Shown here: positions 47,683 to 59,033 of the stretch, piece by piece
How positions within the stretch are numbered: the first letter of the stretch is position 1
Layout: each line of letters begins with the position of its first letter
Assembly (NCBI GenBank): GCA_965603825.1
Contig: CBFDEM010000047.1
Span: forward strand, 248,001-312,000
Direction: 5' to 3'
DNA length: 64,000 bases
From: Blepharisma stoltei ATCC 30299
Lineage: Eukaryota > Protista > Ciliophora
Notes under the pieces: model-generated
What the model saw: only the letters and a program-made list of their open reading frames with translations
What the model was told of the DNA's origin: nothing
Database searches by the model: none
Made by a program: the position numbers and the translations under genes

Positions 47683-50439
47683 CTAAGGTTTAGGTTTTAG
47701 CAAAATAGCTTTATGATTGTCATTTGTTTTTGCACAACAAATACAAATATAAACATCAATTGGATTGTTTAAAGTGCAGAACTCGCAGACCCAATGATCT
47801 TGGATTTCAGGATCTTGATGCTTAGGAATTTGAGGAGGATTAGTTGGAGCTTTTGGGAATGTTGGAGGTGGAATAACATATTCTGGATTTTTGAAAGCGG
47901 TCAGCAATTTTGCATTGTCATTTTTAGGGGGATTTATTTGAGGATTTTCTTTTGGAACAAATTTCTGGGGAATATTATTTAATTGCTCTTGATTTAGCTT
48001 AGGTGGTTGTGGAACCATAGGAGTCTTTGGAAATAGACGTGGATTATTTAGAGGAGTTGCACCTAATGGATCAATTTTGAATGGAGTTTGCCTGACTGGC
48101 AATTTAGACGCAGCAATTGATTCACTATTATCTAAATTTTCCTCTGAACTAGAGTTATCTTCTTCACTTTCGCTTTCTTCTATTTCGCATTCGCTATCTT
48201 CTCCATTTTCGCTTTCCTCTCCACTGTCAGAATCTACTGTTTTAGCACCAATTTTAGCGTCAAAGCTATCTTGTTCTTTTTTGACTGGAATATGAAAACC
48301 ACCTGGCTTATTTAGCAAAGGCATTTGGGGCGGAGGCTGGTATGACCCTTGGAATGGGAGTGCAAGTGGAGCAAAATTCTGAATTGGTTGTTTAGGTTGA
48401 ACTTTAGGGAAGGGGAAGGGGCCTGGCATTTCTGGGAATTCTCTAGTGGGATTAAGGTCTTTAGCTTGGGTTTTAGGGATAGAAAAATTTGGCATAATTT
48501 GAGGTCTAATCACAGGTGGGATAGAGTTCTCTGGAGTTGAATCATTTGAATATTTTCTTGGAGGGGAAAATGGCTTTTGTTTATCGGGATTATATGCTGC
48601 TGGGTTTTGTTTAGGAATGATAAAGTTGGATTTAAAGTCAGCTGGATTGTTAGTTTGTGCCGATGGAGCTTCAATATTTGGCAGCGATTCTTCACTTTCA
48701 GAGAGTCTAGTTTGGCTTGGAATAGGAGAAATGTCTTGATTCAGTTTCGTATGTATATGATTGTTAAAGGCATTCGGCATAGGTTGAGGAGAAATAAATT
48801 TAACAGGCCTAAATTCATTAAAAGCTGATAGAACAGTATTTTTTTCAGTGTCTTGATAATTTTCACTGTTTTTAACCACTTGAGCCGGCTGATTATTAAC
48901 TTCTAATGGATTCGAAGGGTTATTTGGTAGCAAATCTTCAATTTTCGCTGTTTTGGCTGCTTTAGGAATTGTAAAAACATCTCCATAAATTGGAGGAGGA
49001 GGAGGCCGATTAAATGGTGAAGATATACTCTTTGCTGGCACATTTTCTGTATCTTTGGGCTTTATAACTTCTAACGGATTTGAAGGGGTATTTGGTGGCA
49101 AATCTTCAATTTTCGCTGTTTTAGCTGCTTTAGGAATTGTAAAAACATCTCCATAAATTGGAGGAGGCTGATTAAATGGCGAAGGTATATGCTTTGCTGG
49201 CACATTTTCGATATCTTTGGGCTTTATAACTTCTAACGGATTTGAAGGGTTATTTGGCGGCAAATCTTCAATTTTCGCTGTTTTGGCTGTATTAGGAATT
49301 GTAAAACTATTTTCAAAAATTGGAGGAGGAGGAGGAGCCCGATTAAATGGTGAAGGTATATGCTTTACTGGCACATTTTCTGTATCTTTGGGTTTTATAG
49401 GCTCATCTTTTGGATGAAAAGAGCTAATATCAGGCAAGTCATCATTCCCTTCTTCATTGAATGCTTGCTTTTGCGAATTAGGAATATTTACTTGTTTTGG
49501 ATATGTACTTATATCAGGTAAATCGCTTTCTCTAAGATTTTCTTCCCGAACTTGCTCATGCGATTCAGCTTGAAGAACAGCATCTCTTACTTGCTTTAAT
49601 AACTTTAATTTTCCAGATAGGTCTGATTTTATTGTAGATGGGATATAGTAATCGCATTGCTTTATGTAGGATTGAAGCAATTTAATTTTATCGTTAATGT
49701 CTTTAGTGACTTTAAACTCTTCAAGCGGCTCTTGAGATCTATATAAAAATTACTCAGTATAAACCAGCATTTCAGGAAGCATTTCAAGCTCAGTGCATCC
49801 AATTATGGCTCTTTCCCAGTTTGAGTACTCACTTACGTCAAAAATCTTGTGCAAAGTTCATGAATTTTTATTTCTTATAAGAGGAAAGCTGAGATTTCCT
49901 TTTTTCACAGTCAAGCCTTTAAGTTTTTTAGTGCCTATAGAAGCTGTAATGAACCTTCACACATTCTGGGGATTTTTAAAATTCATGATGTTTTGGAATC
50001 TGAAAACAGTGATATCTTTATCAGTAGAATGCTTAGCCAATGACTTGATGTTTTGTTCTACGTCAACTTGATTTTCTGTAATGCCAACAGCTATTTCTGG
50101 AAGAATTCCATTGAGCCCTTTTGCAATGAACTGGTAAACTTCTTCAGCTTCATTTTCGCTGAATTCATTTATGAATGCTGGAAGGAATTGGGTATTTATT
50201 GTTTTCTGCATGAATAATACTCTTAGCTGGTTTCCGAAATCATTTTCATTAAATTTGGCTTTGGAGAGCTTGTCCGTAAAATTAGAATCTGATAGTCTGA
50301 GTTAATATTACAATATTGATATAAGAGACCTTGCATTACTTTTTTGAATATAGACATTGCTTTCGACTATTTTTTTATTTTGAAGAGCGTTAGGAACTCT
50401 TTTAAGTGCAGCTTCAGCGATTCACCTTTGAGGATCCAT
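47683..50439 (-). CDS. large Pro-rich protein with internal repeats and C-terminal RanBP2-type zinc finger
   Basis: ATG 50439, two 15-nt introns, TGA=W. WVCEFCTLNN..ICICC at the C-terminus. The N-terminal region faintly resembles a degenerate USP53/54-type domain. Confidence 0.75.
48899..49398 (-). repeat. three tandem ~165-171-nt coding repeats
   Basis: Unit IKPKD(T/I)ENVP.K.I.SPFN..PPPI...FTIP..AKTAKIEDL.PN.PSNPLEV occurs three times with near-identical DNA. Confidence 0.9.
49739..49753 (-). other. 15-nt intron GTAATTTTTATATAG
   Basis: Contains an in-frame TAA; removal restores the frame into ORF 47683..49680. Confidence 0.88.
50297..50311 (-). other. 15-nt intron GTAATATTAACTCAG
   Basis: Contains an in-frame TAA; joins the ATG 50439 exon to ORF 49957..50211. 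Confidence 0.85.
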
Positions 50440-51035
50440 TTCTACAATTATTATAAAAATTTAATATTCAATTAGAAGCGAATGAGCTTTTATTTTATAT
50501 GATTTAGTAATGATTATTTGCTGATGATTATTATATGACACAATAATAATTGATTGCATCGGATATTATAGTGAAATTTATTACATATATTGCAATTAGT
50601 GTAGAAAATCTATTGCTTTTATAATTTTTGAGAAATGGAATGAATGCTTAAATAGAATTTGTTTTTCTTATTCGTATTTTTTATCGATGCTTTAATATTT
50701 GTAGAGTGATTATGTTACAAAAATAATTATGAGCTTTTAATAATAAATTATCTAGTGATTGATATAAAATTTATGCAAATATTATTCAGAGAATTGGATT
50801 AAATATATACTTAAATATTTATGGTTGTTTTAATTATCATTCTACATATTCTCTAAGCTCAATTATTATTTTGGTCGAATTAGTGCAAGGATTATTAATT
50901 GTCTGAATAAGGGCTAAAGTGCGGATAAATCATACTTTTAAAGAAAAATGATTATCATAATTTGCAATAATCAATAATAAATCAATCTAATACTTGGAAC
51001 TTTCTTCTCAATCATTCGAAATAAGTTCGATAAAT

Positions 51036-52472
51036 ATGTATGATAATAGGATCAACACCAGATGCATTTTTGCTAAAAGCATGCTTTCTTATAGATTTCT
51101 TCGAGGGATTGCAAGTATGTCTCTGATACCTTTAATATGGGTCCTCTCAAATAGTGTAATTTTTACTCAGATCTATCAAAGTTCAAATATTTTCTTTTTC
51201 AGCTGGGTTTTCTATTTTGCTTTTGAATCTCTAAGTAACATCTTAATTCAAATGAACGAAAAATTTGGCCTATCAAGACTTCTCTATATTAGCTACGTTT
51301 TCGGCTCGATCATATCAGGAACTCTAATTTTGATTGCATTTTTACTTTCAGATGTCACAGGAATAATCCTATTTTTCTTAGGCAGAAGCCTTCAAGGACT
51401 AAGTGAAGGTAAATAATAAAAAGGGTTAATTTTCAAAAGCGAAAGTCATTACATACAGAGTATCTGCCAAAAAACTGAATCAGACGCAATTCTCTTTAAA
51501 CTAAAAACCTGATATTTCATTGGTGCGATGTTTGGTTCTATGCTCGGATTTATTATCACTATTACAGAGATTATTGATTCATGTGCTTTTCTTATTTTTT
51601 TCTATATAATTATTAGTGTCATACATTTTATTTACTCAATAAAAACCTATCCGAAGCTCCCTCCATATTTCGATTTGAAACTTGGGTCAAAAGTCCATAA
51701 GACTTATTTTGGGTTATCATTCGAAGATCACTACCAAATTGCCAAAAGAGATATGCAGGTCATGCATTTATCAGATAGATCAATAGCAAAAACAAGAATC
51801 TGTGGAGTTTTAATTATTTCGCTTTCTGGATTTGCGAATTGTATGTCATTGGCTTTCCTTTATTCAGACCAAACAATGCATATATATGAGAGTTTTGACA
51901 GCTACTATATATTTAATGCATATATGTCAGCTATGGTATAAGATATTTAGATTTTGGCAGCACTAGCGATGGTCTTTGTTAGGAAATTAAAAAAATATTT
52001 ATTCATCTACATCGTTATTTATGGATCAATTATTGTTGCAGCTTTATGGCTTTGCATGATAATAACTAGCAATTTTGGTTGGGCTGGCTTATATCTTAAC
52101 TTTATTCTTTTGATATGGGGTTCTCTGCTATTAAACGAGCTTTCAAATTATCAAGCTTATCTTATCATCGGTCCAAAATCTCACCTATTTGTAAATCTTT
52201 TGTATTTGGGAATTTCTAGCTCTGGGTATATTTTCGGTGCATTTTTAGCAATTATTTTTGAAGAAAATTATATAAATGCATCAATTTTGATTAGTTTTTT
52301 TATGGCATCTGCATTGCTGATACTCGCTGTTTTCTCAGAATGCCAAGAGCATCCCGAATTTGTAGAAAAAGTATCTCAACACACAATAAGGGAGCTAAAA
52401 TATCCTTTCCAATCGAGAAAAGAAGCAAGTGATTCTTTGTTGCATCCATTAATTGACATCCCTGATGAATAA
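51036..52472 (+). CDS. major facilitator superfamily-like multi-pass transporter
   Basis: About 12 hydrophobic segments; EKFGLSRLL and FLGRSLQGLSEG motifs; two 15-nt introns and one TGA=W. Confidence 0.78.
51409..51423 (+). other. 15-nt intron GTAAATAATAAAAAG (AAG acceptor)
   Basis: Contains an in-frame TAA; removal restores the frame. Confidence 0.8.
51936..51950 (+). other. 15-nt intron GTATAAGATATTTAG
   Basis: Contains in-frame TAA and TAG; removal restores the frame. Confidence 0.85.
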
Positions 52473-52518
52473 TTTTTCATAAATTTAATAGATTACAAAT
52501 ACTAAGAATAATTGTTAA

Positions 52519-54558
52519 TTATTCAAAAGAAACCTGAAGATCATTTTCAAAGATGTAACTTCTCTGAACAAAAGGTCCGCTGAAAAGTCCATTTTCAGCC
52601 CGATAAGCATCGAGAAAATAATCTTCATCGTCTAAAGCTATTTCAGAAAGATCATCTTCAGTATGCCAAGTCACTGAAGGTGAATTTTCATTTTCAGCCA
52701 TAGAGTTATTCAAATTCGTGCCTGATGTGCAGCTTGCAACTGTATTAGCATCTGATATAATGGAATGCCTAAACTCAGCTTTAACTTGTTTTTTGGGAAG
52801 GAATCTGCTGTTCGCGATGATATGGGATTCGTACATAGGAGGCTTTTCAAAGATTTCACCAGAAAATTTTATTGGCTTTCTTTTGGCTTTTTTAGGTTTT
52901 GCGACTTTTTCTGGCATTTCTTTAGATAATTCTGAGTCAGGGGTCTCTTTAGTCTCGTTTTTTGGAAGCATTTGTGAAAAATAAGGGGGATCATAGCTAT
53001 TAGAAATTCAATTAAAATCTTCTTTTGTTTCTAGTTTTGAACTTATTAGATAAAATCTTTTGCAGTTTTTTCTGTTTATTATCCTGATTTCTTGTCATGC
53101 AGTTAATGAAAGCCCAAAGATGAATGAGAAAAAGAATAAAAAGAACCTTTCAATTTCTTTTATACCTTTAACAAATGAAAATAAATTTTGAGAGCTAAAT
53201 GAATTTTCAAAGTTGGCAATTGGAAAATTTAAATTAATACCAACTTCTATTTTTTCAATTTCTGTATAAATTTCGATATGGTAGTTTCCTAAAAATTCAT
53301 GAAAATCAGGCTCATAGAAGATTTCTATGTGATAATAATCTCCAGGAGCAATTTCTATTCTTTGGCCACAAGGGTGAAGTTTTAATCCATGCATTTGACA
53401 GCTAATGCCATCCAAATAAATCCCTTTAACTAATGCCTGAACTTGCCCTGAATTAAATAATGTAAATACTCTACTATAGTAGAGCTCATCAGACAATTTT
53501 TTCATTTCATCTATATGAAAATTTAAGTTTCCTGAATCTGACTCTAAGAAGCTTAACTTGTAAGAAATACCTTCTCCAGAGAGTTTTATTTCTTTGAGTA
53601 ATTTAGAGCCATTTCTCATAAAAAGTGAGGCGTAGTATTTTTTTGACTGTGTCGGCTGGAAAATTACAGTCCCAACAAAAGCTACACTATGAGGAGGCAC
53701 AACAACTCCCCCTCGTTTGCCTAAGTAAAATGGAAACTCAACAGATTTTTTCTCAGGTTTTTCTTTTGATATTATAACTTCATTGTAGGTATTATTTCCA
53801 TATCCTAATCCGCTCATGACTTTTCCGTATAAACTTATGTTTTCTGGTACTCGCTTGAGTTTTGAAGAATTTCTTTGTGTAAGAGTTTTTATTATTTCAA
53901 TTTCATTGTTTTTATTACATTCAGGAGTTCTTGGTAAATTTTCAAACTCATCTTCATCGATAAATTCATTCTTGCATCATTTAATATTTTCACTAAAATT
54001 TGCAGGAGCTAAAAATAACTCAATAAGCAAGGATTCATCTGAATTATTTTCAAACTCTATATTTTTCTCTATTTGATGCTCAATGTAAACATTTCCGATA
54101 TCTAATTCTGAGGACTTATAATGCAAATCATCAGTAAATTCAAGCATGTCTCTAAATCTTATTGATTTTAAATTTTTTTTAAGCTTATTTTCTTTAGAAT
54201 TTGCTTTGACAAATATTTTTGGAAATAAGCTAGAAGGGCTTTCAAACACATCTAATCAATAATATTTCAGTCATTTCGGCAAATTTTCAAAAATTTGATA
54301 CATTGAATAATTATCTATTTCGATTTTCGAAATTTTAGCTTGTTGTTTATTGTTACATTTAATAGGATACAGCAATAATTTTGATTCATTAAGGCGAATA
54401 AAGGGTCAAGGGGATTTAGAATGCTGAGAGTTATTTGATAGATGGGGAAGTAATTTTGAAGCTCAGTGCAGTTGTGAGTAGGATTTTGCATCTAAGATAG
54501 TACTGATTAGTCAAACTAAGGCAATTATAAAAGTCATGATGAATATTTTTATTATCAT
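52519..54558 (-). CDS. TMEM131-like Ig-domain single-pass membrane protein
   Basis: Continuous with TGA=W from ATG 54558. Signal peptide; FTLFNSGQV..CQMHGLKLHPC..IAPGD..IEIFYEPDF; TM segment; low-complexity tail. Confidence 0.7.
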
Positions 54559-54803
54559 ATTGCATATGGAGAGTTTAAGAGAAAATATAGATACTGATAG
54601 CTTCAGATATTAAATAGTAGTATATTAAAGCATTAGCTTATTGCATTTATTTAAACAGTTGCAGACATTTTATAAAAGCATATAAGGACTTTAAATTTAT
54701 AAATTTTACCAAAGCAAATTGTACTTTAAATTTTATTTTGATTGACCATATGCAGATTAAATTCTTAATCAAATATATAAAGAAATTCTAACCATTAATA
54801 TTA

Positions 54804-56249
54804 TTAAACTAATTGAATATGGTTGCTTGCCTCAAGTTCATTGTATTTCATTAGGAATTTCTTCTCACCAGAGCCGCCATCCCCAGCGTCTAGATTTGAA
54901 ATGCACACTTCACGGGTTCCCATGCTTTTAATAGTAATCGTCTTCTTTTGATCAGGTCTCGAGCCGTAAACTAAATCAGCCGTCAAGGTCATTGAGGTGT
55001 TATTCTTCACGTCAACTCTATACTCCTCCGTTTCCTTTTTACATACGTTAATTTTGAAGATTCCATATTTAAAAGTTTCGCTGCATTCTTCTTCTCCAAT
55101 TTTGGTCACAAACCAAAACGAGCAGGCAGATAATAAAGTATTCAAAGGAACCAGAACTTTGATTTCAATTGAGGTATGTGGTTTAATGGATTTTATTCTT
55201 CTCAGAAGAAGGGTAGGAGATGAATGACCCTCAAAGTACAAGTCAATGTCCTCTTCAACATTTGATGAATGGCTTGTAATTGTAATAGCATAAATTGAGC
55301 CTTCTTCTGGGACTACTGATTTGATTTCGAGTTCTTTAGGCTTTTTGCTGCCTTTAGGTCCTTCTTGGATTTTTTCTGGGATTTCTGTATATTCAGGCTC
55401 AATCACCTCACTTAATCCTGAATTCATTTCTTGGACCATTCTAGATATTTCGTCGAGGTCTCTATTAATTGTTCCGATTACAGCTGATCCATCTCCTTCA
55501 GCTTCCATATCTCCCTCATCACTTCTTTCGCTGCTGAAAAGTTTTTGCAGCTGGTTAATGGTTTTAGAAGTGTTGCGGACTTGACCATAAAGACTATCAA
55601 TGCTTGCTTTGAATGCCTGGTCTGAGCTTTTGAGTGAATTTAAAGCTCCCCTAGCTGATTCTTCTAAAAAGTTCTGGATTTTATGATGCAAAGCACTTTG
55701 AGGGACTTCATATGATTCTTGGAGCCTTGGGAATTTAATTTCAAACAAATTTTCTGATGCTGGGTCATCTCTATAATAAAAATGCCAAATTCCTTGCTCA
55801 GAGGTCATTTCGAAATTATATTTTCTGCTGAAATACCGGGCTGTGCTTGAAGGCAGGATATAAAGTCCTCTAGGTATGGCATCATTGGTAGCTTCTTGGA
55901 TTCTAATATCGAACAATTCTTTGGTTTCATTTCTAGGGTCGGAAGCCAGTGGGTAGACATTTTCATAACATGGATCAGAGACCGGATGCTGAGAGTGCCC
56001 ATAAGCCACTTTACTTTGATAGTTAGCAAACCTATGATCCACTGTATAGCGCACAGAAAATTCACTGCTGCAGAAAGAGGCGACACTGATAGCCAATGGG
56101 TATCCGGCACAAGTAATTGAAGCAACTTGTATATCTTTATTGCGCAGGTAGTCTGCAAAAGAATTTATACGCACACTAATCTCTTCAGGAACGCTATCGA
56201 GCTTTAAGTCTTCGTCTTTCTCGCCAATAGAAATTAGAAAATATTCCAT
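54804..56249 (-). CDS. hypothetical protein (central coiled coil, beta-rich C-terminus)
   Basis: 481-aa uninterrupted ATG..TAA ORF. Confidence 0.7.
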   Translation of the reverse strand: MEYFLISIGEKDEDLKLDSVPEEISVRINSFADYLRNKDIQVASITCAGYPLAISVASFCSSEFSVRYTVDHRFANYQSKVAYGHSQHPVSDPCYENVYPLASDPRNETKELFDIRIQEATNDAIPRGLYILPSSTARYFSRKYNFEMTSEQGIWHFYYRDDPASENLFEIKFPRLQESYEVPQSALHHKIQNFLEESARGALNSLKSSDQAFKASIDSLYGQVRNTSKTINQLQKLFSSERSDEGDMEAEGDGSAVIGTINRDLDEISRMVQEMNSGLSEVIEPEYTEIPEKIQEGPKGSKKPKELEIKSVVPEEGSIYAITITSHSSNVEEDIDLYFEGHSSPTLLLRRIKSIKPHTSIEIKVLVPLNTLLSACSFWFVTKIGEEECSETFKYGIFKINVCKKETEEYRVDVKNNTSMTLTADLVYGSRPDQKKTITIKSMGTREVCISNLDAGDGGSGEKKFLMKYNELEASNHIQLV

Positions 56250-56708
56250 TAAAAGTTTATCAAGTCTCTACAAAATTTGAGTAATGAAATTAATTATATT
56301 TAATATTAAATAATTGAATTTTTAAATAAATCAGTGACATAGAAATCAAATTCACGATAATTTTATGGCTTGAAAAGTTTATTCATTTATTTATTTTGAG
56401 CTTAGAAAGTAAATTTCATGAGCCAGAGAGAAATATGAGTGTATATAAAAAAATTTGGAAAATCAAATGATTGTTTTAATTTTCAGTATTAAAATTATGT
56501 GTAGGTTTCTGATAGCAATTCTTCGCACTTATATAAAAATCCGGCCGGCCAGAGCTGCTGCATAAGTAGTTGACATAATTCAATTTTTAAAAACAATATT
56601 CCAGTTGAAGTCAACCTATAATCGCTTAAAATAGCTAATTATATACAAAGAGATCGTATAAGCCATCTTGCAAACAATTAATTCCTATAAATCTTATTTT
56701 CTAAAAAA

Positions 56709-58736
56709 TTAATTTAAGTTCTTATTCAAGTTATCGATCCTGGTCTGAATTTTGTTGACAAAATCATTATTATCTCCGTACAATCCAACGAAAAACTCTT
56801 TTCCTTTTATGAAATTTTCTAGCGCTTTTGCTTTATCTCCTTTCAACTCATAGACTTCTCCAATAAGAATGTATCCGCCTCCATAATAAGGGTGTTTGTC
56901 TCCATAAACTTGTAAATAAATATCTTTTCCCATGGTGTGGTATTCAATTGCTTTATCCCAATTTTTTAAAGCTCTATGATCAAATGCAAGATTATTGTAA
57001 GACAAGCCTACCATAAAATCTCTTTCCCCATATACAGACCTTCTGATATCTAGAGCATATTCGTGCTCCTTTATTGCAGCTTCAACTTTCCCTACCTTTC
57101 TGTAGGCATCTGCTACTAAGTCAATATAAGTTGAAGTTGATGGATGCTCTCTTCCAAGAGTTTTTGCGTTCATATTAATAGCTTTGTTAAACTCCTCAAT
57201 CGCTTCTGGTAATTTTTCCCACTTTTCATATAAAATTCCTATATGTGCATAAGTATTTGCAATGGCAGGATGTGTGTCTCCAAGATTTCTGTTTTTTAGT
57301 TCAAGTGTCCTCTGATAAGAGTCTAAGGATTCTTGGAATTTTCCCTGGTCTCTGTATAGTAGCCCAATTGTTGACAGGCAAGAATCTAAAACTGACTCAT
57401 CCTCAAGCTTTCCGGCTTCTAGTATTTGCTTAGCTTCTAACAGAAAAGTCTCAGCTTGATCATAATCTCCTTTAGAATGATAAACAGAGCCAAGTCCTGT
57501 AAGGGTCGTTGCGATATCTTCTGCACTAAGCTTTGCAGCTCTTTTGATATCTAAAGCTTTTTGGGCGAATTCTATAGCTTTTTCAAAATCTTTACTGTCA
57601 TGAGCATCTGCTGACAAATTATCATAGCAAATTGCCATATCTTTTGTACTTTCATTTTCAATGGTTTTCAATATTTCGTGAGACTTATTGAACCAGCTCT
57701 TTCCAGACCTTGCATCTCCCATCATTCTACAGTTCTGTCCAATATGATTATAATAATAAGCCAAAGCTCTACCATTATCCCCTCCAAGCTCTTTAACAAT
57801 TTCTGCACCTTTTTCGAAAGCTTCTTCAGATTTTCTTGTGTTTTTTAATTCTTTGTAGAAAAACCCAAGTCTTTTATAAAGCTCTATAATATTATCATCA
57901 GGTTTTCCTAAGCTATGCCTAATACTGATAGCGCGCTCCAAGGCTTGAATACCCTCTGTAAATTCATCACCACTCCAATGTGCTAAGCCTAAAAACTCAT
58001 CTATGTCTGCACACTCTAGAGAAATTGGCCCTTTGATTTTTTCAAAAATATTTCTAGATTTTTTAAAGCTTTTGATAGCCTCAGTTGGCTTATATTTCAT
58101 TCCAAAGACGTGGCCACGATTCATAAAATAAATAGCGACGTCTATATCGTTGCTTTCGACCTGTGTTTGCATAAAAGGCAAAGCTTTTTGCAAATAGTCA
58201 TGTGCTTCTTCAATATTTTCAGTAAGTCTATAAACTGTTGCTATGTTATTGCAAATTATAGCGACTTGTTTGCTAGCTTCCCCGTGCTTTTCTTTTGCTA
58301 CTTCTAAGGCCTTTTGAAAGTATTTGATAGCATTCTGGGGATCTTCTATTTTTTGGTAAGTATAGGCTAGGTTCATATAGATAGCTTCGAGATCTTCAGG
58401 GTCAACTCCTTGCTGCGTCTCAACAATTTTTACTGCTTTTTCGAAATACAATGCAGCTTTGGGAAGATCCTCTTTTTCTCTGTAGGCACTACCAAGCTCA
58501 TTGTAAGGAATAACTAGATCTGGGCTAGTCTCACCTTGCTCTTCTTCTAGCTGAGCTACTCTTAATTGAAGAGCTTCAAAAGACCTGGGCGCTCTAGAAA
58601 AAGATCTTGCAGGATAAAAGGAGATAAATCTTGCTTGGAAAGATATAGGAGATCTGATTTGGGAAGGTTGAAGAGATCTGGTGGTAGATCTAGAAGCTAA
58701 TACTTTTCCTAATCTACACAGGGATCTGAAGACCAT
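56709..58736 (-). CDS. TPR-repeat (kinesin-light-chain/NPHP3-type) protein with mitochondrial-presequence-like N-terminus, copy 1
   Basis: MVFRSLCRLGKVLASRSTTRS..RSFS; repeats such as LGDTHPAIANTYAHIG and LGREHPSTST. Confidence 0.88.
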   Translation of the reverse strand: MVFRSLCRLGKVLASRSTTRSLQPSQIRSPISFQARFISFYPARSFSRAPRSFEALQLRVAQLEEEQGETSPDLVIPYNELGSAYREKEDLPKAALYFEKAVKIVETQQGVDPEDLEAIYMNLAYTYQKIEDPQNAIKYFQKALEVAKEKHGEASKQVAIICNNIATVYRLTENIEEAHDYLQKALPFMQTQVESNDIDVAIYFMNRGHVFGMKYKPTEAIKSFKKSRNIFEKIKGPISLECADIDEFLGLAHWSGDEFTEGIQALERAISIRHSLGKPDDNIIELYKRLGFFYKELKNTRKSEEAFEKGAEIVKELGGDNGRALAYYYNHIGQNCRMMGDARSGKSWFNKSHEILKTIENESTKDMAICYDNLSADAHDSKDFEKAIEFAQKALDIKRAAKLSAEDIATTLTGLGSVYHSKGDYDQAETFLLEAKQILEAGKLEDESVLDSCLSTIGLLYRDQGKFQESLDSYQRTLELKNRNLGDTHPAIANTYAHIGILYEKWEKLPEAIEEFNKAINMNAKTLGREHPSTSTYIDLVADAYRKVGKVEAAIKEHEYALDIRRSVYGERDFMVGLSYNNLAFDHRALKNWDKAIEYHTMGKDIYLQVYGDKHPYYGGGYILIGEVYELKGDKAKALENFIKGKEFFVGLYGDNNDFVNKIQTRIDNLNKNLN

Positions 58737-59033
58737 TTTATTATTATAATTTGTGAAAGGATATTTTGTCCTTGAATTAAATGATTTGTTCATTTAATTA
58801 ATAGAATTTAGTGAGCGTTTTTATAATAATGATTATGCGTAATATATACTTCTTTATTGCTGAAATTTTAGCTGTCTTTAATATACAAATAATTTTAATT
58901 TTATATTTCAAATTTATTATTGTTTAATAATTACTTATGGACATAGAAATTATTTTGATTTGTCTAAACTAAATGCAATTTTTGAAAATTATTATATATC
59001 TTTAACTTTTTTAAATAAAGTTTTATTACGTTT

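Noticed and set aside
48899-49398. CRISPR array or mobile-element repeats
   Set aside because: In-frame coding repeats with no spacers, in a eukaryotic gene.
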